DNA from: Chiloscyllium plagiosum
Lineage: Eukaryota
DNA length: 64,000 nucleotides
Assembly (NCBI RefSeq): GCF_004010195.1
Contig: NC_057720.1
Location: 11,796,941 to 11,860,940 of the forward strand
Reading direction: 5' to 3'
Shown: positions 26,287 through 38,099 of the stretch, in pieces
How the letters are laid out: every line of letters starts with the position of its first letter
Position numbering within the stretch: position 1 is the stretch's first letter
Program-made: the position numbers and the translations under genes
The notes under the pieces: model-generated
Database searches by the model: none
Told to the model about the DNA's origin: nothing
What the model saw: only the letters and a program-made list of their open reading frames with translations

Positions 26287-26322
26287 AAAACCCGAAGCAA
26301 GCCAAGATTATCTTTGTTATTG
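26287..26322 (+). CDS. AK5: AK5 coding exon (start of AK domain 2): ENPKQAKIIFVIG
   Basis: tttttttttgcag acceptor and TTG|gtaagt donor; 36 nt. Encodes the KIIFVIG beta-strand that precedes the P-loop. Confidence 0.93.
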
Positions 26323-26664
26323 GTAAGTAGCACTTAGAGCAGATTTATCCAATAGGCCTTTTTGAGTCTTCAATGACTGAGACTGGTTAATTATACCAAC
26401 TAACACATTCTTGCTTTGTGAGATGTTGATGACTCCAGGCATACAGCTAACTGTTAGATACAAAGGCTAGAAGACTCACATTTAAATACCATGTTTCACA
26501 ATTTCCACACAGTGATATCGAGTTTGCATTTTTAGGTGAGCCTCTGGGGTAGGCTGTGGTTTAAGTGCAACTATCTGTTAGTCAATATGCAGTTGGATTG
26601 TTTCAGGAGCTGTTCCCAGCAGGTACTGCCTGTTGTTGGCTCATCCTGTATCTACTGTTGTTAA

Positions 26665-27070
26665 GGGTGGCTGAATGGTTAGCATTGCTGCCTCACAGCA
26701 CTAGGGACCCAGGTTTGAATTAGAAGGGCTAATGCCCGAAACGTCGATTCTCCTGTTCACTAGATGCTGCCTGACCTGCTGCGCTTTTCCAGCAACACAT
26801 TTCCATCTTTGAATTAGCCTCAGGCAACTATCTGTGTGGAGTTTGTACATTCTCCTTATGCGTCTCGTTTGGGTGCTCTGGTTTCCTGCTACAGTCCAAA
26901 GATGTGCAGGTTAGGTGGATTGACAATGTTAAATTGCTCAGTGTTCAGGGATGCGTAGGTTAGGTGGATTAGCCATGGGAAATGCAGGTTTACAGGGGTA
27001 GGATGTTCTTCAGAGAGTTGGTGTGAACTTGCTGGGTCAAAATACCTGCTCCCACACTGTAGGGAATCTA
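26665..27070 (+). mobile_element. HE1 SINE interrupted by an 84-bp Penelope-derived insertion (26724-26807)
   Basis: 10-bp TSD tttgaattag (26714-26723 / 26808-26817); the insert begins aagggctaatgcccgaaacgtcga. Confidence 0.85.
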
Positions 27071-27507
27071 TAGAGAGTGTTTCAGAAGCACCTGGGAAAC
27101 TAGCCCAAGCGTGGATGGAGAATGTATGAACCCAAATAATGCACTTTTTTTTTAGAAAGATAGTCGCTGTTGATGGGAAATATGACGGACAGTTTGCGTA
27201 CAGGAAAATCCCACAAGTATTGACATTCAAATAGTCACTTGGGGGAAGACAGCTAGACTGCGCCTCATTAAAAAGATACATTTTGTTGAAGATTTACACC
27301 TCGAATGCATCAGGACAATTACATTGATAACCAATTTGAGATTACCATGGTTGGGTTTGTAGTGGGGCACACTTGTGAGTTCTGGAGATCACGTGTTCAT
27401 TTATAGGGCCCACTTTGCAGACAGAGAGAAGATGCATGCATACTGTGCCTGTGTCACTTTTACAAAATGGGTGACAGCCATTCTCTGGCCTATTCCTCAG
27501 GACAATG

Positions 27508-27769
27508 CCCGGTTCAATTCCCGCCTCAGGCGACTGACTGTGTGGAGTTTGCACATTCTCCCCGTGTCTGCGTGGGTTTCCTCCGGGTGCTCCGGTTTCC
27601 TCCCACAGTCCAAAGATGTGCTGGTCAGGTGAATTGGCCATGCTAAATTGCCCGTAGTGTTAGGTAAAAGGGGTAAATGTAGGGGTATGGGTGGGTTGCG
27701 CTTCGGTGGGGCAGTGTGGACTTGTTGGGCTGAAGGGCCTGTTTCCACACTAATTAATCTAATCTAATC
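27508..27769 (+). mobile_element. HE1 SINE (5'-truncated)
   Basis: B box, V domain and taatct tail. Confidence 0.9.
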
Positions 27770-28139
27770 TCACCAACTGCCTGGATTAACTTTAAACACA
27801 GCTCGGCAGTTAACTGTCAGTCATCCTCTAACTGGTGCATGCTCTAAGACACGTCTCAACCTCCAGAGACCACTTGCTATCAATCAATACTCCTCATCCA
27901 GTATAGAATGCTGATTTTCTCTTCTCACGCTTGTGAAGAGATGAGTACAAGATGAAAAGCTTTGACATAATGTGCTCTTTTCTCTGCAACACCCAAACGC
28001 CAATGTTCTGACAACCAGGTAATCTGGTGAGATCAGAGTCAACATTTCACTGTCCAATCTCTCCACTGAAGCTGGGGTGGCCTGCTGAGTATTTTCAACA
28101 TTTTTCTGCTTTAGAGATTTCCAGCATCGCAGTATCGAG

Positions 28140-28278
28140 AGTGATATTGGTTGAAAGATAGATAATGGTCAGGAAGAATTACCTCAATCTGATTTGAAAT
28201 AGCAGCCACAGGATCTTTTATGTTCCATATGAGAGGGCAGATGGGTTCTTTGGTTTAACATCTTGACCAGAAGACCTT
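28140..28278 (-). mobile_element. Degraded Deu-domain SINE
   Basis: Minus strand gatgttaaacc...atctgccctctcatatggaacataaaagatcc...ggctgctatttc. Confidence 0.6.
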
Positions 28279-28994
28279 GTCTCTTCTGTTCTGACCTTTC
28301 TTTGTGATCTGAGCTCTTATTGTTAACACCAATGGGCAAACTGCACGGCTTGTAAAAAAACTCTTGAATGATAGAAGCCTAGTAAATGTTCCTACCTGAA
28401 GCATATATCTACAGTAGGCTGCTGACCTCTGTGCAGGAACTTGTCTTAATGGGGTTGTAGGTAACACACTGTCAAAAGTGCACTATCTTTTATTAATGGT
28501 CTCAGGAATGAGAATGGTCAGTTTTGTTTGTCTGTATAATCTTCCACAAATCCTGAAACAGGTTAATGCCTTCAGTGAAGCATTGCAGGGGGAGGGATGT
28601 TTCAAATGAATGCAGTGACACATTCATTACTAACACCTCTCTGGGCCACTGATGGTTCTAACGCTTCTCTCAGTAGCACAGTAGGTTCTACTCCTGACTA
28701 CATTAGTGGGAACACGGCAGATAGTGGAGAGCCATCAATTTATCAGTCTGTGCCCTGAGATTAGATTGTTCAACTTGGCCATTTGAGTGAACCCTGTAGC
28801 TACCCAGTTAACAGACCTGATGAAGAAGAATATTGCACATGCAGTGAATGATTGCACAGACTTCATTTTTTTGATTTATGTCCTCTTCCTGAACTTTGAA
28901 AATAAATTGAAAGTCATTCTGGCTGCATTTCAGCTTCAGTTAGACCAAAGTATTGACTAATTCCGAAAGCAGTCCTTCAAGTGAAGCTGTAGTT

Positions 28995-30080
28995 AACTCA
29001 TAGCCATAGAGTCTTAGAGATGTACAGCATGGAAACAGACCCTTCAATCCTACTTGTCCATGCCATCCAGACATCCTAACCTAATCTAGTCGCATTTGCC
29101 AGCATTTGGCCCATATCCCTCTAAACCTTTCCTATTCATCTATCCATCCAGATACCTTTTAAATGTTGTAATACTACCAGCCTCTACAACTTCCTCTAGC
29201 AGCTCATTCTATACACGCACCACCCTCTAAGTGAAAACGTTGCCCCTTAGGTCCCTTTTAATTCTGTTCCCCCTCACTCTAAACCTATGCCCTCTAGTTC
29301 TGGACTCCCCTACCCTGGAGAAAAGATCTTGTCTATTTACGCTATCCATGCCCCTCATGAGTTTATAAATCTATATAAGGTCACTCCTCAACCTCCGACG
29401 CTCCAGGGAAAAGAGCCCCAGCCTATTCAGGCTCTCCCTATAGCTCAAATCCTCCAACCCTGGCAGTATCCTTGCAAATCTTTTCTGAACCATTTCAAAT
29501 TTCACAACATCCTTCCTAAAGCACGGAGTCCAGAACAGCGCGCAGTATTCCAAAAGTGGCCTAATCAATGTCCTGTCCAGCCACAACATGACCTCCCAAC
29601 CCTAATACTCTAAACACTGACCAATTTGCTAGATTGATATCACGATTAAGGGATTTTAGATGCAAGGAAAAATTAGAGATTGGTTTTATTTTTCTTGGAG
29701 CAGAGAAGATTAAAGGATAACTTTGTTGAGGTGTTCAAAATTGTGAACAATTTTGACAGGGTAAAGAAGGATATTCTGTTTCCACTGGTTGTTATGTCGG
29801 TCACTAGGCGTTACAATTTCAAGATTGTTAGCATGAGAGCTAGGAGTGAGATGAGGAGGAACTTCCTTACTCAGAGAGGAGTTAGGATTTAGAATGTGCT
29901 GCCTGGGGGCGGGTAGTGGAGGCAGACTCCATAGGAGTTTTCCAAACAGAGTTGGATAGATACTTGAAAGAGCTGAAGTTAAAGTGCTAAGTTGATAGCT
30001 CAGGAGAGAGAGAGACTAGTTGGGTCGCTCTTTTGTGAGCCAGTACAGACAGCAAACATGCTATAAAATTCTATGTTTCT
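28995..30080. mobile_element. Two CR1 3' fragments back-to-back (- 28995-29620; + 29620-30080)
   Basis: RPLLEYCALFWTP on the minus strand; LEQRRLKDNFVEVFKI on the plus strand. Confidence 0.85.
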
Positions 30081-30082
30081 AT

Positions 30083-30720
30083 AGGTCAGGAATGTTTTGG
30101 AATACTCCCCACTTGCCTGGATGGGGGCAGCTCTAACAACACTCAAGAAACTTGATTCTTTCCAGGACAAAGCAGCCCACTTGATTGGCACTACATCCAC
30201 AAGCATCCAAGGTCAGGAATGTTTTGGAATACTCCCCACTTGCCTGGATGGGGGCACTCTAACAACACTCAAGAAACTTGATTCTTTCCAGGACAAAGCA
30301 GCCCACTTGATTGGCACTACATCCACAAGCATCCACTCCCTCTACTATCCATGCTCAGTATCAGCAGTGTATACTATCTATAAGATGCACTGCAGAAAGT
30401 CACCAAAGGTCCTCAGACAACACCTTCCAAACCCATGACCACTCCCATTGAGAAGGTCAAGAGCAGCAGCATGGGAACAACACCACCTTCAAGTTCTTCT
30501 CCAAGCCACTCACCATCCTGACTTGGAAATATGTTGGCGTTCCTTCACTGTCACTGGGTGAAATTCCTGGAATCCCCTCCCTAAGGGCATTGTGGTCAAT
30601 CCACAACTAGTGATCTCCAGCGGTTCAAGAAGGCAGCTCACCATCAGCTTCTCAAGGACAACTAGGAACAGGCAATAAATGCTGGTCTGGACAGCGACAT
30701 CTATATCCCAGGAGTGAATA
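30083..30720 (+). mobile_element. 3' end of the CR1/L2-clade LINE, with an internal 127-bp tandem duplication
   Basis: MEYSPLAWMGAA...LDSFQDKAAHLIG is duplicated at 30083-30209 and 30210-30335. Confidence 0.8.
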
Positions 30721-30989
30721 TTTTAAAAACATCAGGAGGCACATTAGTAAAGTATAACATTTTCATCTCAAACAGTTTTTAAAGAGAGGTGGGGTATCTA
30801 AATTGGTTCTTGGTCAATGTCACTGTGGCCAGCTTCACTGGAAACAGATTAACTGGTTGTTCATCAGATGTTTCTGTGACCTTGCTGCGTGCAAATTGGC
30901 TGCATTTCAGAAGTAATGGGAGCAAGATAAAAGCATTTTGTGATGTTGATTTCTCTGCTGCCCTCTCTGTTTGGGAGGTGTAAATGAAG

Positions 30990-31490
30990 TTAGTGAAACT
31001 TGAAAGGGTTCAGAAAAGATTTACAAGGATGTTGCCAGGGTTGGAGGATCTGAGCTACAGGGAGAGGCTGAACAGGCTGGGGCTGTTTTCCCTGGAGCGT
31101 CGGAGGCTGAAGGGTGACCGTATAGAGGTTAACAAAATTATGAGGGGCATGGATAGGATAAATAGACAAAGTCTTTTCCCTGGGGTCGGGGAGTCCAGAA
31201 CTCGAGGGCATAGGTTTAGGGTGAGAGGGGAAAGATATAAAAGAGACCTAAGGGGCAACTTTTTCACGCAGACGGTGGTACGTGTATGGAATGAGCTGCC
31301 AGAGGAAGTGGTGGAGGCTGGTACAATTGCAACATTTAAAAGGCATTTGGATGGGTATATGAATAGGAAGGGTTTGGAGGGATATGGGCCGGGTGCTGGC
31401 AGGTGGAACTAGATTGGGTTGGGATATCTGGTTGGCATGGACGGGTTGAACTGAAGGGTCTGTTTCCATGCTGTACAACTCTATGACTCC
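30990..31490 (+). mobile_element. CR1 3' end, little degraded
   Basis: ORF 30984-31412 LERVQKRFTRMLPG...WNELPEEVV. Confidence 0.95.
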
Positions 31491-31554
31491 ATCTAATAAT
31501 AACTACCAGCAGCTATGGGCACATCTAACCCTAACCCATCATGGAATACAGAGT

Positions 31555-31885
31555 TCGATAGATAGAATCCTTACAGCATGGAAGCAGGCCATTTGGATCA
31601 TCGAGTCCACACCAATCCTCTGAACAGCATCCCACCCAGACCCACCCAATCGCTGTAACACTGCATGTCCCATAACTAACCCACACATCCCTGGACACTC
31701 TCACATGACTCAGTCACCCTAACCTGCACATCTTTGGGCTGTGGGAGGAAACCGGAGCACCCAAAGGAAACACACACAGTCACCAGGAGAATATGCAAAC
31801 TCCCCACAGACAATCAGCCAAAGGTGGGATCGAACCCAGGTCCCGGTGCTGTGAGGCAGTGGTGCTAACCACTGAGCCACTGTGC
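31555..31885 (-). mobile_element. HE1-type SINE
   Basis: HE1 text on the minus strand. Confidence 0.85.
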
Positions 31886-32173
31886 AGCAATGAAATAAGG
31901 AAGCTCCCCACTACACTGTCAAGAGAAATTAGGAACGGATAACAAATGGCAGCCTAGCCAGCAAGACCAATGAAGGAATTTGAAGAGAAATTAGTTTTAC
32001 TCTGTGCAATACACCACAGTGATTACATTGCAGGAATACCTACATGGTTATGAAGCTGTTTCTAGACCAACAGAGGTCAGGAAAATGCTCAGTAAATAGA
32101 AGTTGTTTGCTGCACTCATCACATGTCATATCTCGAACCCTTCATGTACTGAATCCCAAAATATCCTTTAAAG

Positions 32174-32337
32174 GTGGTCCAGGCTCAGGCAAGGAAACTC
32201 AGTGCAAGAGGATAGCAGCACAGTATGGTTTCACCTACATATCTTCAGAAGACATTCTACGTAATGTGGTAGCAGTGGGGCCAGAAAGGAGAAGAGAGAC
32301 ACGGGAAACCATGGAGCCTGAGGAACTGGTGCCAATG
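32174..32337 (+). CDS. AK5: AK5 coding exon (P-loop/NMP-binding): GGPGSGKETQCKRIAAQYGFTYISSEDILR...EELVPM
   Basis: tttaaag acceptor and ATG|gtgagt donor; 164 nt, the recalled size of the AK1/AK5 P-loop exon. GGPGSGK motif present. Confidence 0.95.
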
Positions 32338-32747
32338 GTGAGTGAAATCAGTCTTTCCGGAAATTGCACACATTCCCAACCTGGAACTGAAAGGTGGGAT
32401 TTTCATAGGCCCATGTTTAGCTTTTAGATGGACCTGCAGCAGGGAAGGGGTTTTTTTTGGCCTGGAAGGAGGAAGAAAATACTTTCCTGACAGAGGGTTT
32501 AATTTTTGTGATTAAGTTCTCAAAATGTTTCATGCAAGTCAGGTTTTGTGGTCAAGAAATCTCTTTTGCATTTATTAGCACGTCATGAATATTCATCGAT
32601 GTTGCAGCTTTCCAGAATTACATTGGGACATGTGTTGGTTCACCAAACACAAATTATGAAATGGCTCGATAAATTAAATGTGAAGCTGCAATAGGGTTAA
32701 CCCTAACCCTATCATAGGGTAGAGTTCTACCCCTGAGCTCCAGAGAA

Positions 32748-33062
32748 TGGGCGGCATGGTGGCACAGTGGTTAGCACCGCTGCCTCATAGTGCCAAAGAC
32801 CTGGGTTCAATTCCCACCTCAGGTGACTGTCTGTGTGGAGTTTGTACATCCTCCCTGTGTCTGCATGGGTTTCCTCTGGGTGCTCTGGTTTCCTCCCACA
32901 GTCTAAAGCTGTGCAGGTTAGGTGAATTGGCCATGCTAAATTGCCTGTAGTGTTAGGTGACGGGGTAAATGTAGGGGAATGGGTCTGGGTGGGTTGCACT
33001 TCAGCGGGTCGGTGTGGACTTGTTGGGCCAAAGGGCCTGTTTCCACACTGTAAGTAATCTAA
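32748..33062 (+). mobile_element. HE1 SINE
   Basis: Full-length head-to-tail copy. Confidence 0.92.
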
Positions 33063-34044
33063 GAATAAAGATTTTCTTCGGTGACTCGGCTCCTTCAATA
33101 ACCGGGCTCTTTCTTTCTGATGTTCAGAGGTGAAGCCTCTCTGTGTTGACTATCTCGCGAAAAGTTTCAGTCAGATGTAGTCTGGCTTGTTGTTGAATGC
33201 TCACAGTGCCAGGCCCTAACTGGAGGACACACCACACTGTAGAAAGGATGTGACTGCACCAGAGAGGGTATTGAGGAGATTCACCAGGATGATGCCTGGA
33301 CAGGAGGGCCTGCAGTAAGGGGGAATGATCGGACAGGCTGGGCCATTTTCCCTGGAGCAGGTTGAGTGGGGACCTGATCGAAATAAAAATCTAAGAATGT
33401 AAGAACTGAGAGTCTAATGATGACCATTATCAATTGTTGGAAAAACCCATCTGGGTCACTGATGTCCGTTAGGGAAGGAAATCTGCCATCCTTACCTGGT
33501 CTGGCCTACACGTGTTTCCACACCCATAGCAATGTGGTTGACTCCTAACTGCCCTCTGGGATGGGAAATAAATACTGGATGCCCTCATCTGTGAATGAAT
33601 AAAAATGAATCGAGGTGTATAAGATTATGAAGGGCATAGATAGTTTGGATTGGAAGGCACTTTTTCCATCAGTAGAGAGGGCAGTAACCAGGAGGCATTG
33701 ATTTAAGGTAAGATGTGGAATGCTAAGAGTTGAGGAGAAAGGGTTTCACTCAGAGGGTGGTGGTGGGAGTGTGGAAATCACTTCCTGAAAGGATAGTTGA
33801 GTTAGAAACTTTAATAACCTTGAAGCAGTAATTAGATCTTCACATCCAGGGCGTGGGCCAAGAGCTGGAAACTGGGATTTGTGTCGATCAGATCTTTGTT
33901 GACCTGCATGGAAATGATGGGCCAAATGGTCTACTTCTGTGCTGGTAAAGGCCTACAGGTCAAAGGGACCTCCCCCTGCCATGTACTTGTGTTGTGAACA
34001 TGATCAGGTTTGGATGTGGTGCACACCATCAGCTAATTAAGGTG

Positions 34045-34342
34045 ACAAGGTGGCTCAGTGGTTCGCACTGCTGCCTCACAGCGCCAGGGACCCAGCTTTG
34101 ATCCTAGCCTCAGGCGACTCTCTGTTTGCACATTCTCCCCATGTCTGTGTGGGTTTCCTCCCACAGTGCAAGGATGTGCAGGTTGGGTGAATTGGCCGTG
34201 CTAAATTGCCCATAGTGTTAGGTGCATTAGTCATGGGTAAATACAGGGTAGGAGAATGGTCTGGGTGGGTTATTCTTCGGAGGGTCAGGGTGGACTTGTT
34301 GGGCCAAATGGCTGTTTCCCCACTGTAGGGAATCTAATCTAA
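34045..34342 (+). mobile_element. HE1 SINE
   Basis: Head, V domain and tail. Confidence 0.88.
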
Positions 34343-34522
34343 TGGCCTGGGGAGCTTGCGTAGACACTGGTTGGGGAGTTTGCTGCTCTGATGGAACTGC
34401 AAAAGAAAGTTGAAGGCAGTTTGGGGCTGGGGAGAATGGGAAGAGACTACAAACGGAGAATTACTCTGACCGACTGTTGCTGGAAACGTACCACTGACTT
34501 TCTCCTTCCACGCTGTGTGCAG

Positions 34523-34624
34523 GAGATGCTGAAAGACACGATAATTAACAGCATGGATACAAGAGGGATTCTCATAGATGGCTATCCTCAGGAAGTGAGG
34601 CAGGCAGAAGAATTTGAGAAGAAG
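34523..34624 (+). CDS. AK5: AK5 coding exon: EMLKDTIINSMDTRGILIDGYPQEVRQAEEFEKK
   Basis: gtgcag acceptor and AAG|gtgagt donor; 102 nt. Carries the AK signature LIDGYP(R>Q)E and the AK5-type DTRG. The exact 5' boundary is slightly uncertain. Confidence 0.9.
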
Positions 34625-34824
34625 GTGAGTTGGTATAAGTGCGTGCATCCACCAAATGGTGTAAAGTGGGGAGGGAGGAGGGCAGCACAGATACTGTGGA
34701 TGGGTAAGACTTTAGCAGTTTTAATTGTGGGGGTTTGGGTGGCTGGACAGCTGGTTTGTGATGCAGAATTACACCCACAGCATGGGTTCAATTCCTTCAC
34801 CAGGCTGAAGTTACCATTAAGGTT

Positions 34825-35645
34825 TGCTTCCCTTTATTGGTCAGAGCATTGAGTACAGGAGTTGGGAGGTCATGTTGTGGCTGTACAGGACATTGGTTAG
34901 GCCACTGTTGGAATACTGCATTCAAATCTGGTCTCCATCCTATTGGAAAGATGTTGTGAAATGGTGGCTCAGTGGTTAGCTCTGCTGCCTCACAGCGCCA
35001 GGGGCCTGGGTTCAATTCCTACCTCAGGCGACTGTCTGTGTGGAGTTTGCACATTTTCCCTGTGTCTGCGTGGGTTTCCTCTGGATGCTCCGGTTTCCTC
35101 CCACAATCCAAAGATGTGCAGGTCAGGTGAATTGGCCATGCTAAATTGCCCGTAGTGTTAGGCGCATTAGTCAGAGGGAAATATAGGGCAGGGGAATGGG
35201 TCTGAGTGGGTTGCTCTTCAAAGGTCCTGATTCCATACTGTACGTAATCTAATCTAATCTAAAAATTTGAAAGGGTTCAAAAAAGGTTTACAAGGATGTT
35301 GCCAGGGTTGGAGGGTTTGAGCTATAGAGAGTGGTTGAACAGGCTGGGGCTGTTTTCCCTGGAGGCTGAGGTGTGACCTTATAGAGGTTTATAAAATCAT
35401 GAGGTGCATAGATAGGGTAAATAGACAAAGTCTTTTCCCTGGGGTGGGGGGGTCCAGAATGAGAAGGCATAGATTTCGGGTAAAGGTGAAATAAAAGGCA
35501 CCTAAGGGGCAACTTTTTCACTTAGAGGGTGGTGCACGTATGCCAGAGAAGTGGTGGAGGCTGGTAAAATTGCAACATTTAAAAGGCATCTGGATGGGTA
35601 TATGAATAGGAAGGGATAGAGGGATATACATCTTTATGACTCTTC
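34825..35645 (+). mobile_element. CR1 3' fragment interrupted by an HE1 SINE (about 34962-35262)
   Basis: CR1 text resumes after the SINE tail. Confidence 0.88.
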
Positions 35646-36054
35646 TTCTCAATCTCACACCTCACCTGAGGGGTGGCATCCCTCATGTTAAATCACTGTC
35701 AGTCATCTCTCTTTCATGAGAATAGTCCTCTGGGACTATAGTGACTTGGCTTCTTTTTACATAGACAAGTAGAAACGAAGAACAGGATTAAACTATTCGA
35801 CCCAACTCTGCCCTTCAAAGTGATCACAGCTGATCCTCTACCTCAACGCCATGATAGTACTGTCATTGACAACTGCTATCACTTTACTCATGATGGAGAG
35901 TGAACTGATGGGCTAGTAATTGACGAGATTAGATCTGTCCTTTTTTTGGAGGGACAAGATGTACCTGAACAATATTCCACTTTGACAGAAAGGGGTGGTC
36001 AAGACACGTGCACAGGGGTTTCAGGAGAAGTAGCCAGTGTTGGAACTGCACCGT

Positions 36055-37085
36055 AGCAAAGGGTTAGCCATGGGCACCCACATGGGCCGCAGCACGGGCG
36101 GCACGGTGGCACAGTGGTTAGCACTGTTGCCTCACAGCGCAGAGACCCGGGTTCAATTCCCGCCTCAGGCAACTGACTGTGTGGAGTTTGTACGTTCTCC
36201 CCGTGTCTGCGTGGGTTTCTTCCGGGTGCTCCGGTTTCCTCCCACAGTCCAAAGATGTGCAGGTCAGGTGAATTGGCCATGCTAAATTGCCCATAGTGTT
36301 AGATAAGGGGTAAACGTAGGGGTATGGGTGGGTTGCGCTTTGGCGGGTCGGTGTGGACTTGTTGGGCTGAAGGGCCCATTTCCACACTGTATTGTAATCT
36401 AATCTAATCTTCATTGGACAGGTGGAACAGTCCATCTTCTGCAGTTACAACAGTATCATTCCCCACCTTTTTCTCTGCTACATTGATGACCGTATCGGCA
36501 CCACCTTGTTCTCCCACAAAGAGGCTGAGCAGTTCATCCACTTCACGAGCACCTTCCATCCTGACCTCAAGGTCACCTGGACCATCTCAGTCACCTCCCT
36601 CCCCTTCCTGGACCTCTCCATCTCCATTTCCGGCAACCGACTGAACATGGACATCTATTTCAAACCCACCGACTCCCACAGCTACCTGGACTACACCTCC
36701 TCCCACCCTCTCCTGTAAAAATGCTATCCCTTACTCCCAATTCCTCCGCCTCCACCGCATCTGCTCCGAAGGGGACAAACTCCACCATAGAACATCCCAG
36801 ATGGCCTCCTTCTTCAAGGACCGCAATTTCCCCTTCCACTTGATCAACAATGTCCTGCAGCGTATCTCCTCCACTTCCCACACCTCCGTCCTTGAACCCC
36901 ACCCCTCTAACTGCAACAAAGATAGAACTCCCCTAGTCCTTGCCTTCCACCCCACTAATCTCAGGATACACCACATCATCCTTCATCATTCCTGCCACCT
37001 ACAGTCAGACCCCCACCAGCAGAGATATTTTTCTCTCCCCACTCCTATCAGCATTCCTCAGAGACCATTCCCTTTGCGACTCCTT
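36055..37085 (+). mobile_element. Penelope-like RT fragment interrupted by an HE1 SINE (about 36096-36410)
   Basis: KGLAMGTHMG, LFLCYIDD, LPFLDLSI and YFKPTDSHSYLDYTSSHP are PLE RT motifs. Confidence 0.9.
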
Positions 37086-37172
37086 CATTTGGGAAGTCTG
37101 AGGCCATGTATGAATGCAGATTTCCTATGTGTTCTTCTGGAATTGAAATTTCTGCACGTTCCTCTCTTTCAG

Positions 37173-37352
37173 ATTGGTCAGCCCAGCCTGGTGCTTTTCC
37201 TGAGCTGTTCCACAGACACACTGGAACAACGTCTCCGGAAATCAGCTCAAGCGAGTGATGGTGATGATAATGTTTCCAGGCAGATCGAAGCCTATCTCTC
37301 AGCAGCTCAGCCAATCATTGAGAAGTACCAGAGGGAAAACCTCATCCATAAG
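37173..37352 (+). CDS. AK5: AK5 coding exon (LID region): IGQPSLVLFLSCSTDTLEQRLRK...DDN...YQRENLIHK
   Basis: cctctctttcag acceptor and AAG|gtacag donor; 180 nt in frame. Aligns with the AK1/AK5 IGxP...QRL...DDN...HK exon. Confidence 0.93.
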
Positions 37353-38099
37353 GTACAGTCAGGAAGATATGCATTTCCTTCCACCTCTGTGACTCAAGGA
37401 CATCAGAATGCCCAATGTTAGTACAGCAAACCTAGTTATAACCAGCACCTTCCAAATCAGCACTTTTATAAACTAGCAAACTTTGTTTTTATTCATCCAC
37501 GGGATGAGGGCTCTTCTGACCAGGCCAGCATTTATTGCCCATGCCTAATCACCCAGATGGCAGTTAAGAGTCAACCACATTGCTGTGGGTCTGGAGTCAC
37601 ATGTAGGCCAGACCAGGTAAGGATGGCAGATTGTTTCCCTGAAAGACATCAGCGAAGCAGCTGTGTTTTTCCAACAATGGATTCCTGGTCATCATTAGAC
37701 TCTTTATTCCAGATTTTGTTTTATTGAATTCAAAATCCACCATCTCCTGTGCTGAGATTCTGACCCAGGTCCCCAGAACATTACCTGGGTCTCTGGATTG
37801 ACAATTAATCTAGACTCTGGTTTTCAGCATCTGCAGTCCTTGTTTTTACCTAACCCAGCAGTAATGCCATCACCTCCCTGAGACGTTTACTGTATTATTC
37901 TGTCTAATTATTATAGTTTTTAAATTCATTTACCTCCATATAAATGTGTATGTTCAATCAAATGCCATATAAAATATCAAGAGTTGATTCAATTTCAAGT
38001 CAATTTCTCCTCCAATACTGCAATGTCCGAGTAGTCGGATGAGGGTGCAAGTGAGAAGGCTCTCTGTGGTGAGTTTTATTGAAGAGAAAGTTGCATTAG

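Noticed and set aside
32691..32722. Telomere-like tagggtt/aaccctaacccta palindrome
   Set aside because: Only 2-3 units, too short to call an interstitial telomere or fusion site.
36096..36170. tRNA-like sequence with A/B boxes
   Set aside because: It is an HE1 SINE head that runs straight into the V domain, not a tRNA gene.
36801..37421. 206-aa ORF suggesting a Penelope-AK fusion
   Set aside because: It is chance read-through from a PLE fragment across intron sequence into the AK5 exon, which has its own strong acceptor at 37172.
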